Below, one piece after another: positions 13,828-26,398 of a stretch of 64,000 nt of DNA (the first letter of the stretch is position 1; every line of letters begins with the position of its first letter). The position numbers were made by a program, and so were the translations under genes. Under the pieces are notes generated by a model. The model saw only the letters and a list, made by a program, of their open reading frames with translations. It was not told where the DNA came from and searched no databases. Origin of the DNA: Haliotis rubra (lineage: Eukaryota); assembly GCF_003918875.1 (NCBI RefSeq), contig NW_025767575.1, forward strand, positions 248,001-312,000, in the 5' to 3' direction.

Positions 13828-14320
13828 CACAGATCAGTGGCTTGTCTGGCGAAACTCGAGTACAGATCGATCAGTGGTTTGTCTGGCTGAAAGTCGAGTA
13901 AAGATCGATCAGTGGTTTGACTGGCCGAAAGTCGAGCACATATCGATCAGTGGCTTGTCTGGTCGAACGTTGAGTACAGATCGATCAGTGGCTTGTTTGG
14001 TCGAACGTTGAGTACAGATCGATCAGTGGCTTGTTTGGTCGAACGTTGAGTACAGATCGATCAGTGGCTTGTTTGATCGAACGTTGAGTACAGATCGATC
14101 AGTGGCTTGTTTGGTCGAAAGTTGAGTTCAGATCGATCAGTGGCTTGTCTGGCTGAACATTTGAGTAAAGGTCGATCAGTGGCTTGTCTGGCAAACCTCG
14201 AGTATATATCGATGAGCGGTTTATCTTGCCGAACGTCGAGTATATATTGACCAGTGGCTTGTCTCGTCTAACTTCGAGTAGAGATCGATGAGTGGTTTCT
14301 CTAGCGAACCTCGTATATAT
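13828..14320. repeat. Minisatellite, 38-bp unit, degenerate at both edges
   Basis: AGTACAGATCGATCAGTGGCTTGTTTGGTCGAACGTTG repeated. Confidence 0.9.
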
Positions 14321-14555
14321 ACAGGTTTGTGTCAAATAACGGAGATATTTAACGTAACGCGTTTCATTTGGGATAACACTTTATCAGTAAAGTACAGACC
14401 AGTACATTTTGTGTTTGAGTCCACATTTGACCATTTTCTACATGCAGGTTTCAAATACATCATACCTCGAATTAGCCTCGCATTTTGCAAAATATATAAC
14501 TTTGGCAAAATGATATTTAGGAACTTCAGATAAAAATCGAAGTGCCATTCCTGTT

Positions 14556-15527
14556 GGCAACTGTCCTGTGGTGTGGACCATGGTATCTGTCCAGGGATTG
14601 TCCTGTGGTAATTGTCCTGTGGTGTGGACCATGGTATCTGTCCAGGGATTGTACTGTGGTAATTGTCCTGTGGTGTGGATCATGGTATCTGTCCAGGAAT
14701 TGGACTGTGGTAATTGTCCTGTGGTGTGGACCATGGTATCTGTCCAGGGATTGTCCTGTGGTAATTGTCCTGTGGTGTGGACCATGGTATCTGTCCAGGA
14801 ATTGGACTGTGGTAATTGTCCTGTGGTGTGGACCATGGTATCTGTCCAGGGATTGTCCTGTGGTAATTGTCTTGTGGTGTGGACCATGGTATCTGTCCAG
14901 GGATTGTCCTGTGGTAATTGTCTTGTGGTGTGGACCATGGTATCTGTCCAGGAATTGGACTGTGGTAATTGTCTTGTGGTGTGGACCATGGTATCTGTCC
15001 AGGGATTGTCCTGTGGTAATTGTCCTGTGGTGTGGACCATGGTATCTGTCCAGGAATTGGACTGTGGTAATTGTCCTGTGGTGTGGACCATGGTATCTCG
15101 TCCAGGGATTGTCCCTGTGGTAATTGTCTTGTGGTGTGGACAAGGTATCTGTCCAGGGATTGGACTCGTGGTAATTGTCCTGTGGTGTGGATCATGGTAT
15201 CTGTCCAGGGATTGTCCTGTGGTAATTGTCTTGTGGTGTGGACCATGGTATCTGTCCAGGAATTGGACTGTGGTAATTGTCCTGTGGTGTGGACCATGGT
15301 ATCTGTCCAGGGATTGTACTGTGGTAATTGTCCTGTGGTGTGGACTCATGGTATCTGTCCAGGAATTGGACTGTGGTAATTGTCCTGTGGTGTGGACCAT
15401 GGTATCTGTCCAGGGATTGTCCTGTGGTAATTGTCCTGTGGTGTGGACCATGGTATCTGTCCAGGAATTGGACTGTGGTAATTGTCCTGTGGCGTGGATC
15501 ATGGTATCTGTCCAGGGATTGGACTGT
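14556..15527. repeat. Minisatellite, 51-bp unit, ~19 copies
   Basis: GTGGTAATTGTCCTGTGGTGTGGACCATGGTATCTGTCCAGG... repeated; 17-aa periodicity in spurious ORFs. Confidence 0.95.
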
Positions 15528-15787
15528 TACCGACCGCGGCCATAGCTGGACCTTTATTGAGAGCGACGCGCACCACACACGGAGCACTTGTAAACACCGG
15601 ATACGGTCAATCAAACACAAGAGTCGTTCTTACGTCACTTCACTGTGTGTCTTTTGTTACAAGCCGTGATATATGTCGGCTTGAATTGTTTGACTATGTC
15701 GTGCTATGATTTGAATGAACTATGCATACTTAGATACATGTTGCAGCAACTCAGACGCATGTTTAATTAATGTATTAATCAGACAAA

Positions 15788-16840
15788 ATGATTTTATTTC
15801 AGATCAGTCTATTTGTCGTGTTGGGATTGGTCATCACAACAGTTGCCGCACAGAGCTGTCCGACCGGATGTATTTGTCCAAGACCTGGTCACGTGTCTTG
15901 TACAGGGCTCTCCTCCTTCCCGAAATCCTTCCCAGCATCAACGGAAGTAGTTACAATTTATCTATCTTCCCTACCGGAGATACCGCCGGATTCGTTCAAG
16001 GGTCTGCCTCTCCTTAACACGGTGTCGCTGTACAAGAACACCATTGGGAAAATAAGAAACTGCGCCTTTAAGAACTTGGCCCAGATGAAGTCATTGAACA
16101 TCTACCAATCGAACATTGATACCATTGAGTCCGGGGCGTTTTCTAACATGTCGTTCGTAAATCCAGGATCGTTTTCTTTGTACAGCATCACTATTGGAGA
16201 CATCAAGCCCTACGCCTTCTCTTCACTCTCGGACTCCCGCTTCAGCATCTACAGCGCCAACATTACAATCATCAGGTCCTTCGCCTTCCACAACATATCG
16301 GCCAAGTCCTTCTCGTTGTATCTGGCAAACATTGACTTCATGGACACTTCAGCTTTCGAAGATTTCAACGGAACCAAATCAGCCAGCATATACTCCAGTT
16401 ACATCGCAAATACTCACTGCAACACCTTGGACGTCCTCCAGGAAGACGTTGGCAACGTCTTCTCGTTCTACCAGCTAACCTTCAACTGCAGCTGCCAGCT
16501 TGCTTGGTTGTTTGAGGCGGCGCAGACTAACCTGAACCTTGCCGCGTCGCTCAACCGAAACCGGTGCCACAACACCTCGACTGTGTTCCCTGGGAGACGT
16601 TTAGATGGTCTAAATGCCACGCTTCTGTGCCCGGGCGGAAGGGAGTCATCTCAATGTCTTAAACCGAAACTTCAGTTTCCAAGCCAGTGTCCCTTGCCTG
16701 GTGCTCCAACCCAGTCTCCGCTGCCTGGCAACGGAGACGACAGTAGTAGTAGTAGTAGTAGTAATGGTCACTGTCCGCATGTCCTTGGGTTTCTGTTGAC
16801 CCTGGTGACCGGTGTCTTCTTGAAGAATCAACTAAGATGA
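15788..16840 (+). CDS. Secreted / probably GPI-anchored leucine-rich-repeat protein (LRRNT-LRRs-LRRCT), single coding exon
   Basis: Hydrophobic signal peptide; LRRNT CPTGCICPRPGHVSC; repeats of LxxLxIYxxxIxxIxxxAFxxL; LRRCT FNCSCQLAWL...C; Ser-rich stalk and hydrophobic C-terminus; intact 350-aa ORF. Confidence 0.9.
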   Translation: MILFQISLFVVLGLVITTVAAQSCPTGCICPRPGHVSCTGLSSFPKSFPASTEVVTIYLSSLPEIPPDSFKGLPLLNTVSLYKNTIGKIRNCAFKNLAQMKSLNIYQSNIDTIESGAFSNMSFVNPGSFSLYSITIGDIKPYAFSSLSDSRFSIYSANITIIRSFAFHNISAKSFSLYLANIDFMDTSAFEDFNGTKSASIYSSYIANTHCNTLDVLQEDVGNVFSFYQLTFNCSCQLAWLFEAAQTNLNLAASLNRNRCHNTSTVFPGRRLDGLNATLLCPGGRESSQCLKPKLQFPSQCPLPGAPTQSPLPGNGDDSSSSSSSNGHCPHVLGFLLTLVTGVFLKNQLR

Positions 16841-17136
16841 CTGCCCCTTTGAGTATTGAGCCAAACACTGACGAGAACTGTACCTACAGCCCTGTCTTCT
16901 CAAACAGACATCTGATTTATCCAGACACTTACATATCACTTAGCTTTCTTTGAAGGTGTGTTGGAAAATGTTATATTGATAAGTTGTACATTGGTGAAAA
17001 GACGTGTTGGTTGGTTTTATTGGCGTTTCAAGTCCCCGCAATTGCAGCGAGATGTGTTGATATTGTTTGTATGAATTCCACAGGGTTACATAATAAACAA
17101 ACCTGCTCCCGCTGTCTGATTCTGGTCTTTTCACTA

Positions 17137-17700
17137 TGAGTGAGTGAGTGAGTCTGGGTGAGTAAGCGAGTGGGGGGTGTGGGTGGGGTGCGTCGGTGTC
17201 TGTGTGAATGAGTGTGTGTGTGTGTGTGCGTGTGTGTGTGTTTGAGAGTGTTGAGTGAGTGAGTGTATGTGTGGAGTGAGTTTGTTTGAGTGAATGAGTG
17301 ATTCATTGGTTGATTGATTGATTGAATAAGAGAGTGAATGGGAGGATGACTGGGTGAGTAAACAATGTGGTGGTGTGGTGTGTGTATGGGTGGAGTGAGT
17401 GGAGTGAGTGAGTGAGTGCGGTGAGTCAGGGAGTGAGTGGGTGAGTAAACAATGTGTGTGTATGGGTGTGTGTGAGTGTGAGTGAGTGAGTGAGTGCGTG
17501 GGTAGATGAGTGAGTGAGTGGGTGAGTGAGTTTGAGTGAGTTCAGTGGTGAGTGAGTGAGTGGGTGGGTGAGTGAGGGAGGGAGGGAGCGAGTGGGTGAG
17601 TAAACAATGTGGTGTGTGTATGGGTGAGTGAGTGAGTTTGAGTGAGTTCAGTAGTTAGTGAGTGAGTGGGTGTGTATGTGAGTGAGTAAACGAGTGAGTG
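17137..17700. repeat. Compound (GAGT)n/(GT)n microsatellite
   Basis: Direct inspection. Confidence 0.9.
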
Positions 17701-18489
17701 ATCCATGCTGTGTGACTACTACATGTAATAAGGGGGAACACGTGGCTAATGGTGTGAGCTGATGGTGGTACCGTTTTGTCAGATTTCACATATCACATTC
17801 CCGTTAATGGCTTTAGAGGGATGTGGTGAGTGATTTATAGACGTTTACTCTCGGTGCGGCATGAATCAAAAGGGATGCGGTAGTGTAAACTAATTGGGGC
17901 TAATTGAGTTGAAGGTGTCACTTGTTTGTTATTTAATTAGGATTAATTAAGAAGGAATTAATTAGGAAGTACTCACTGTTACGACTAAACACTTCTGATA
18001 ACGGATTATAGTTTGTACTTGTAATAAGAGACTTCTGACTACCTAGGGTTGTCAGGCTGACTGACTTTAAAGTTTAAATATCATCGTATAAAATATGCGT
18101 GGATATTAATGCTCATGATGTTAATCACTCGATGTTCTGGTTCTGACACTGTACGCCGAGCACTGCTCATCACTAGGTTACCGTAATTCGATTACTAACA
18201 GGGCGCCGCCCCTGGGTGTTATTGACAACGAAGCTTGGTGACTTAGAAGCCAAGCCAACAAATCTTGTCTACTGTTGGTAGAATCACACCGGCGGCTTAC
18301 TCATACAAGTCCTGTTTACCGGAGAATCACTTGCCCTTTAAATAACTGTAATGCTGGTCCCGGTCAGCCAGTCTCCAGATTCACCTCCAACGTGACTGTG
18401 GATGGACCATCAATTGTCTCAACCGTTCTGTAACTTAATTAGAGTCTCGGTGACGCCATGATGGTCTCCTCCAAACAGTTTTTCTCTGA

Positions 18490-19051
18490 ACACAGAATGC
18501 CTGATATATCAGGCCACGCGTGGTGTCCTTGTAACAGACAGAACAAAGGAGGTACTTGACACAGAATGCCTGACATATCAGGCCACGCGTGGTGTCTTTG
18601 TAACAGACAGAACAAAGGAGGTATTTGACACAGAATGCCTGACATATCAGGCCACGCGTGGTGTCCTTGTAACAGACAGAACAAAGGAGGTACTTGACAC
18701 AGAATGCCTGACATATCAGGCCACGCGTGGTGTCCTTGTAACAGACAGAACAAAGGAGGTACTTGACACAGAATGCCTGACATATCAGGCCACGCGTGGT
18801 GTCCTTGTAACAGACAGAACAAAGGAGGTACTTTGACACAGAATGCCTGACATATCAGGCCACGCGTGGTGTCCTTGTAACAGACAGAACAAAGGAGGTA
18901 CTTTGACACAGAATGCCTGACATATCAGGCCACGCGTGGTGTCCTTGTAACAGACAGAACAAAGGAGGTACTTGACACAGAATGCCTGACATATCAGGCC
19001 ACGCGTGGTGTCCTTGTAACAGACAGAACAAAGGAGGTACTTGACACAGAA
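18490..19051. repeat. Minisatellite, 69-bp unit, ~8 copies
   Basis: CACAGAATGCCTGACATATCAGGCCACGCGTGG... repeated. Confidence 0.95.
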
Positions 19052-19797
19052 TCAGAGAGAACGATAGACGAATATAACGCCATGGCCAGACAATAACCAG
19101 TCAATATAGGCCGTAAAAGGCAACATAACGTAGACAAGTATATGAATGACACCGGGTGTCCTGCCCTACCCGCCACACACACAGTGTGCGTACAGAAGTT
19201 GTGTTTGTTGCTTGACACCGTGCAATACAACGGCCGCCTGTAAACAGACCAGACATTCAAGTGATTGTGGGCTTGAAAACCCGTTGAGTCAGTGTTGACA
19301 CTGACGTTTTGAAACTGTGTTAATTTTGAACAACGTCTATAGCTTGTAAATATAGAGAAAACAGATTCCAACAGAGGGCAACTTAGCGGTGAAAATGATA
19401 TGAATGTATCATTGAAAGTACAGTTTATAATGTATCGGGTCAAACATGGCTTTTGTAGTTCACCAAGCATAGTTATGTGCTACTGAGCTTAATAAATAAT
19501 AATAATAATAATAATAATAATATGGGTATACTAGGCTCTCTTTATACCCTATAGAATCATTCTACATGTGGAATGGATGTAATTACTGCTTTAATATTGC
19601 TGCGTTTTGGCGATTGATATTGCTATGTGTAAACAGAAAATGGAAAAGTGTTACTGTGCAAGATAAAATTTTAACAAAGACAATTTTAGATGTTCCTAAA
19701 CATTTTTTCACAATATCAAAGACACGTTTTACTTGTTTTAACTAATGCAAATCAGCAGAAAATGTTTTAAAAGACTGAAATCATAGGAATGATTATT

Positions 19798-19799
<2 letters not shown>

Positions 19800-19829
<30 letters not shown>

Positions 19830-19863
19830 CATACATACATACATACATACATACATACATACA
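19800..19863. repeat. (ACAT)n microsatellite
   Basis: Direct inspection. Confidence 0.95.
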
Positions 19864-19865
19864 CA

Positions 19866-20014
19866 TGACTGACTGAGTTTGGTTTTACGCCGCTTTTAGC
19901 AATATTCCAGCAATATCACAGCGGGGGACACCAGAAATGGGCTTCACACATTGTGCCCATGTGGGGATTCGAACCCGGGTCTTCGGCGTGACGAGCCAAC
20001 GCTTTAACCATTAG
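19866..20014 (-). mobile_element. tRNA-derived SINE, family B (5' end runs into the gap)
   Basis: Minus strand has A-box-like CTAATGGTTAAAG and B-box GGGTTCGAATCCC, then a tail GCTGGAATATTGCTAAAAGCGGCGTAAAAC-(AGTC)n; related copies at 31387-31476 and 54470-54566. Confidence 0.85.
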
Positions 20015-20146
20015 NNNNNNNNNNNNNNNNNNNNNNNNNNNNNNNNNNNNNNNNNNNNNNNNNNNNNNNNNNNNNNNNNNNNNNNNNNNNNNNNNNNNNN
20101 NNNNNNNNNNNNNNNNNNNNNNNNNNNNNNNNNNNNNNNNNNNNNN
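20015..20146. other. Assembly gap (132 N)
   Basis: Run of N. Confidence 1.
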
Positions 20147-20626
20147 TATATCCAGCTCAGCTGAGCTGCTCAAAGGCGCTTTGTTTTTCCCTCGTTCACT
20201 GGATGTCAATCTCAACGGCACATCGTAATGTCAATCTCAACTCCCTGGGGAGCATACAACTCTTGCAGCCACTAGGCGCACCGAGTTATTGTGGCATTCC
20301 CATCCTTACGAGGTACCCATTCACAGCTGGGTGGACTGGGACACATAGTCACAGCACTTTGTCCCTTTTTACTGCACGTTGCTGTACCCGCAACCGGGTG
20401 TTTGCACGTATTCATGTGGCCACCATCTGGTCATATACCAACGGATTCGTGGGTTCTTTTAAGTGCATAGGGTTGTGTACTGTACACTAGGCGTTGTGAC
20501 AACACTGAAAGAGTCTGCACACAAAGTTGACTCCAAGGTTTTTACACCCGGTCACTGGTGGGCTCGATCCCGTCACCTCAAGCTCGCTGGATCACCAGCC
20601 TGGCGCTTTAGCCAGTTCGCCCACCG
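20147..20626 (-). mobile_element. tRNA-headed composite SINE, family C, with L2-like tail
   Basis: tRNA-like head (TGGCTAAAGCG...GGGATCGAGCCC); central segments ACTTTGTGTGCAGACTCT and CCACCCAGCTGTGAATGGGTACC resembling conserved Meta- and V-type SINE domains; 3' AAAGCGCCTTTGAG. Confidence 0.6.
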
Positions 20627-20841
20627 CGAACAATTTTACACACTCAACAACAATTGTTTCTTGTTATAGTAGTTGAAAAATGGTGACTTTCAATGGTTTA
20701 TCATTGTCCCCAAGCAGAATTATATTTCAACCTTTATTTGGATATCAAAATCACTACTATTGGTTCATTTATATATATAGGACAATTTAACTCTTCTGAA
20801 AGAGATGCATTTCACCTAATAATAATAATAAAATAATAATA

Positions 20842-21735
20842 GCAATCCCACCGACTCCTTCGCCTGGATGAAGTCGGCTGGTCTTTAATGTGAAACTGAG
20901 GGCTTCCTTTTTGCTGCTCAGGACCAGTCACTTCCCACTCGCAATCGCCTAAATGTGATTCTTAAAGAAAATATCAATATGAAATGTCGACTTTGCAATG
21001 AATTCACGGAGACTGTCCAACACCTTGTCAGTGGATGCCCTTCCTTGGCACAAACATCATATCTTAAACGACATGATGGCATGGCTCGCTGCTTTTACTA
21101 CCGTCTCCGACATGCCTGTGGCTTTGACTCCGAGGTCCATCCATGGTACGACCCTGAACATGTCCAGGGCGTCATGGAAAATGATGCTTTCAAACTTCTC
21201 TGGAATAGGCCCATATACAGCCCCAGAAGAATTCCAGCCAACAAACCTGATCTTGTCCTTTTTGATAAAGCCAATGAATTTATTTATATCATTTAATTTT
21301 CTGTCCCTTTTGACACCAATGTGATTTGCAAGATTCAGGAAAAGCACGATAAATATGCGGACCTCGCCTTTGAAATGTCTCGCTTGCAACCCAAGTACAC
21401 TGTCGTCAGGCTCCCCATTGTTCTCGGTGCCCTTGTTTGGTACCTCCTGATCTCTTGGCGCAGATTAGGAGAGTGCCCGGATTCTCCACCGGGAGTACAG
21501 CCCTTCTGACACTCTGGGTAATGCAGACGGCTGCAGTGTTGGGGAGTCTTCATATTCTTCGGAAAGTTCTTGGTGGGTTCTACTAGGCGGCGTTTCCTGG
21601 GAGAAGTCCCATTCGCTGTCTGGGCTGCGTGTGGTTGGCAAGGTCCCTGAGCTGATGATGAGCCTTACCAGCCTGACTGTGCCAGGATCACCCGAACCCT
21701 CTCTGCTGCATAGTATCTTTAAACTGTAAAACAAA
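20842..21735 (+). mobile_element. 5'-truncated R4/Dong-clade non-LTR retrotransposon (CCHC knuckle + restriction-like endonuclease), decayed
   Basis: ETEGFLFAAQDQ, CRLC...ETVQHLVSGC, YLKRHD, NKPDLVLFDK, EKHDKYADL, PIVLGAL; flanked on both sides by (TAA)n. Confidence 0.85.
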
Positions 21736-21756
21736 ATAATAATAATAATAATAATG

Positions 21757-23520
21757 TGGGTATTTATATAGCGCTACATCCAGGTACTAATACCCGCTCA
21801 TGGTGCTACAATACTATAGGAGAAAAATAGTTAAAACTTTTTACAGAGAGACAATTGAACATAGAAAGTCTAGTAATAGGCAAGACGGAAAAAGTGGGTT
21901 ATTAGAGACGATTTAAATGTGTCCAAAGATTCAGCATTCTTGATGTGAGTGGGCAAGTTGTTCCAGAGACTGGCGGCTGCGTGTTGGAATCATCTTTTCC
22001 CATAGGATGAGAGTCGAACTTTAGGAATGACAAGTAGCTGGTGATTCTTGGATCGTAATGGTCGGGTTGGGATGTACTGACACAGAAGACTGGAGAGGCA
22101 TTCAGGTGTTTGTCCATGTAGAGCTTTGAAAGTGATACATAGATTTTGAAGTCAATCGGGAATTTGACGGGCAACCAGTGTAGAGACATCAGTGAAGGTG
22201 TGATGTGATCTTTCTTGGACTTGAGGCTGACGATGCGCGCAGCTGAGTTCTGTAATTTTTGAAGTTTCTGAAGTTGAGTTGAACTGATGCCAAAGTGCAA
22301 ACTGTTGCAATAGTCGAGTCGAGAGAGTATAATGGATCGAACCAAAGAATGAGCACATTCTGTTGTTATGAGATTTCTAATGGAGCTGATGGTTCGCAGA
22401 TAATAGTGACAGTTCTTATAAAGATGGTTGACTTGCGATTCCAAAGACAAACTGGCATCAAGAAATACTCCAAGATCCTTAGTGGCAGGGGAAGGTTGAA
22501 TGTGAGATGTTGAAATCTTCACATTGCAGATGGAGGTTTTCTGCAGCTGTTTGGAATTTCCAAGCACGAGCAACTCCGTTTTGTCATCATTCAGTTGGAG
22601 TTTCCTTGTCTTCATCCAGGTCTTTATGTCGGAAACGCAACTGTCTATGATCTGTAGATCAGTGTCTGGAGATTGCAGATTAAGAATCCTGGTAACCTGA
22701 TTGTCATCAGCTTAGGCATAGTGCCCACAGTCATGAGAGTCGATAACCGCGGGAAGAGAGTTTACATATAGCAAGAAGAGAATGGGAAGAAGGACCGAGC
22801 CCTCGGGCACGCCACATGTTAACTCTACTTTGTCAGATGTATGATTCTTAACTTTTAAAACGTGTGTTCGCTGGTCCAAATATGAGGAGAACCAGCTGAG
22901 TGCTAGTCCTTTGACACCAACTTCAAGTTCCAATGTGTGTAACAGGCACTTGTGGTCAACCGTATCAAACGCGGCACTTAGGTCGAGTAGGACTAATGCC
23001 GCCATATTGCCACTGTCCAGGATCATTCTGAGATCATTCACTAAACGGAGGAGAATGGTCTCAGTAGAGTGGAACGGTCTGTATGCTGACTGGAATGGGT
23101 CAAGGATATTGTTGGATGAAATGTGATCCATTAATCTCTTAGACACTGCTCGCTTTATGGCTTTAGAAAAGAAACTAAGATTTGAGACCGGTCTATAGCT
23201 CTTTAAGAGTGAACTATCCATGGTTTTGTTTTTGATGAGAGGTTTAATTATAGCATTCTTCAGAGATTCTGGAAATGTGCCTGTTGTTAAGCTTTTGTCG
23301 ATTATGCATGTAATCACAGGAATCAACATGCATATGTGATCCATTACCAGGGGTGTTGGCATAGGATCAGATTCACATGTGGTCTTAGCTGAAGACTTGA
23401 TCATAGCCAAAACATCACTTTGGGAATATGGTTCCAAGGCCTGGAGAGTGGGGCCATCAAATACAATATCAGACACGTGGTCCTGAGGTGCAATGGAGTC
23501 AAGGTAGCTTATGAGAAAGC
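21757..23520 (-). mobile_element. 5'-truncated L2-clade LINE (RT pseudogene)
   Basis: YRPVSNLSF, FQSAYRPFHSTET, LLDLSAAFDTVDH, GVPEGSVL, LQLNDDKTE, SRLDYCNS, LHWLP; tail GCGCTATATAAAT followed by (TAT)n. Confidence 0.9.
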
Positions 23521-23751
23521 TTCGTGCCTCCAGGTGACCATGAGAAACATCAACTCCAGGAACATATAAAACAACGCCAGAGAGGAAACACATTTTGGCG
23601 AAGAAGGAAATACAAACAAGTGAATGTTCACCAGGTACGATCTTTAGGGATCCCTGTCCAACACACTTTTATAAACGTAACATATGTTATTTTGGGCCTT
23701 TTTATCATCATGCAATCATAGCTTTCGGACGTGGACGCTGTGTCAAGTTCC

Positions 23752-24625
23752 ACTTGTCAGGTGGATACACAAGCTACGTGAGCTGGACCACCACTTGTCA
23801 GGTGGATACACAAGCTACGTGAGCTGGACCACCACTTGTCAGGTGGATACACAAGCTACGTGAGCTGGACCACCACTTGTCAGGTGGATACATAAGCTAC
23901 GTGAGCTGGACCACCACTTGTCAGGTGGATACACAAGCTACGTGAGCTGGACCACCACTTGTCACGTGGATACATAAGCTACGTGAGCTGGACCACCACT
24001 TGTCAGGTGGATACACAAGCTACGTGAGCTGGACCACCACTTGTCAGGTGGATACACAAGCTACGTGAGCTGGACCACCACTTGTCACGTGGATACATAA
24101 GCTACGTGAGCTGGACCACCACTTGTCAGGTGGATACACAAGCTACGTGAGCTGGACCACCAGTTGTCAGGTGGATACACAAGCTACGTGAGCTGGACTA
24201 CCAGTTGTCAGGTGGATACACAAGCTACGTGAGCTGGACTACCAGTTGTCAGGTGGATACACAAGCTACGTGAGCTGGACTACCAGTTGTCAGGTGGATA
24301 CACAAGATATAGTGAGCTGGACTACCAGTTGTCAGGTGGATATACAAGCTACGTGAGCTCGACCACCACTTGTCAGGTGGATACATAAGATATAGTGAGC
24401 TGGACTACCAGTTGTCAGGTGGATACACAAGCTACGTGAGCTGGACTACCAGTTGTCAGGTGGATACACAAGATATAGTGAGCTGGACTACCAGTTGTCA
24501 GGTGGATACACAAGCTACGTGAGCTGGACTACCAGTTGTCAGGTGGATACACAAGATATAGTGAGCTGGACTACCAGTTGTCAGGTGGATACACAAGCTA
24601 CGTGAGCTCGAATACCAGTTGTCAG
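23752..24625. repeat. Minisatellite, 41-bp unit, ~21 copies
   Basis: ACTTGTCAGGTGGATACACAAGCTACGTGAGCTGGACCACC repeated. Confidence 0.95.
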
Positions 24626-24767
24626 ACACATATGGCCTCACGGACACCCACACCCCACCCCAATCCCTAACAGAGCGGCCATATGCCGGTGTCATGTTTA
24701 ATTGACCTGATCCTCGGCCCTGTTCAAGCGCGTGAGTCTGTGAGGTCGCTTCAGTGACTGGGAACCA

Positions 24768-25318
24768 GCACGGAGATGACCACGGGCTGTCACAGTCGAG
24801 CCCACTGCACGGGGATGACCACGGGGCTGTCACAGTCGAGCCCGCTGCACGGGGATGACCACGGGGCTGTCACAGTCGAGCCCGCTGCACGGAGATGACC
24901 ACGGGCTGTCACAGTCGAGCCCGCTGCACGGGGATGACCACGGGGCTGTCACAGTCGAGCCCACTGCACGGAGATGACCACGGGCTGTCACAGTCGAGCC
25001 CACTGCACGGGGATGACCACGGGCTGTCACAGTCGAGCCCACTGCACGGAGATGATCACGGGCTGTCACAGTCGAGCCCACTGCACGGAGATGACCACGG
25101 GCTGTCACAGTCGAGCCCACTGCACGGAGATGACCACGGGCTGTCACAGTCGAGCCCACTGCACGGAGATGACCACGGGCTGTCACAGTCGAGCCCACTG
25201 CACGGAGATGACCACGGGCTGTCACAGTCGAGCCCACTGCACGGAGATGACCACGGGCTGTCACAGTCGAGCCCACTGCACGGAGATGACCACGGGCTGT
25301 CACAGTCGAGCCCACTGC
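24768..25318. repeat. Minisatellite, 39-bp unit, ~14 copies
   Basis: GCACGGAGATGACCACGGGCTGTCACAGTCGAGCCCACT repeated. Confidence 0.95.
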
Positions 25319-26169
25319 GTCCATAGCTGCATCCCATACCGAAACTGAGGTTCTAAACGGGCTACCCAATCATTAAGTACAGGGTATTGCAGTCTTTATA
25401 TCTTTATTTATATCCTCAAAGTTCGAGTAGAATAGTTCAGAATGTATTGCGTCAGCAATGTTTGAACCGTAATGTATTTCCAGTGATGGATTCCCGGCCC
25501 CTGGTAGACGATGTCGCCCACAGCAGCGGACCTCTACTATAAGTCTCGGTCTGTGTTTGTGAAAACCCAATACCATATACACGTTCAGTAGCATTAGACA
25601 ACCGACTCGACACGCTACCAGACACTGTATAGTATCACATCTGTCACACACAACACAACGGTTACAGACATGTATCGTGGGGCGCGTTAAAGCAGGACGC
25701 CCTTTGAGTTTGATGTAATCCTTACCAAGGAAAATTTAATTATGAGAACAATGTGCATTTATCAAGTATTTTAATGTCGTCATACCCGCTAATTTTATCA
25801 ACCACTGTGAGTAACATGTTTAGAAGACGACTTCTATTCCTGTAAAACTTATTATCCATTTTAACTACTTCTTATACCTTACTTTAAAACGAAATAAGCC
25901 TTATTGGCTGGGTGAACGATATTTTACTGCGTCTATTGTGTATCTCATTGCATGTAATCGTTCACGTGACACTTTAATAAACTATATCTGTCTGTCTGTC
26001 TGTCTGTCTTACTAAGGGCTCAACCCCCAAGTTGGATAAACTGTGCAGACAGACAGATATTTGTATTTTTGTCTCACTTGTTTGTTTATACAACCAATCG
26101 CTCAGCGATTTATGGGCCACACTTCTGCATACAAATCCTGTTTTAGAGATAGATAGTAGTTTTATTTTT

Positions 26170-26330
26170 TGTGTCTGTGATATTCTAGTTGGTTTTACTG
26201 TCCTTCATTGACAGGCTTTAGTGATTTACATGTACATGTATTTATGATAAAGTTAAAAACTAATTTTAGCCACGATATGGCTGAAATAATGCCAATGTAA
26301 CTTTAAATTTTAACTGACTCACTTACTCAT
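26170..26330 (+). mobile_element. Retroposon 3'-end fragment, same family as 61289-61735
   Basis: GGTTTTACTGTCCTTC...ATATGGCTGAAAT..TGCCAATGT.ACTTTAAATTTTAACT-(ACTC) shared with the 61-kb copy. Confidence 0.7.
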
Positions 26331-26398
26331 GGGGTATATTTATGTTTGTTCTTAAAGTCTACATTAGTCTCTCATAACCCTAAACGGGTGGCTCACTT

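Noticed and set aside
14438-15669. Long ORFs in several frames
   Set aside because: Products of the stop-poor 51-bp minisatellite; open on both strands with no unique sequence.
19945-20014. tRNA gene
   Set aside because: The tRNA-like part continues into a multicopy SINE body and tail, and is cut by the gap.
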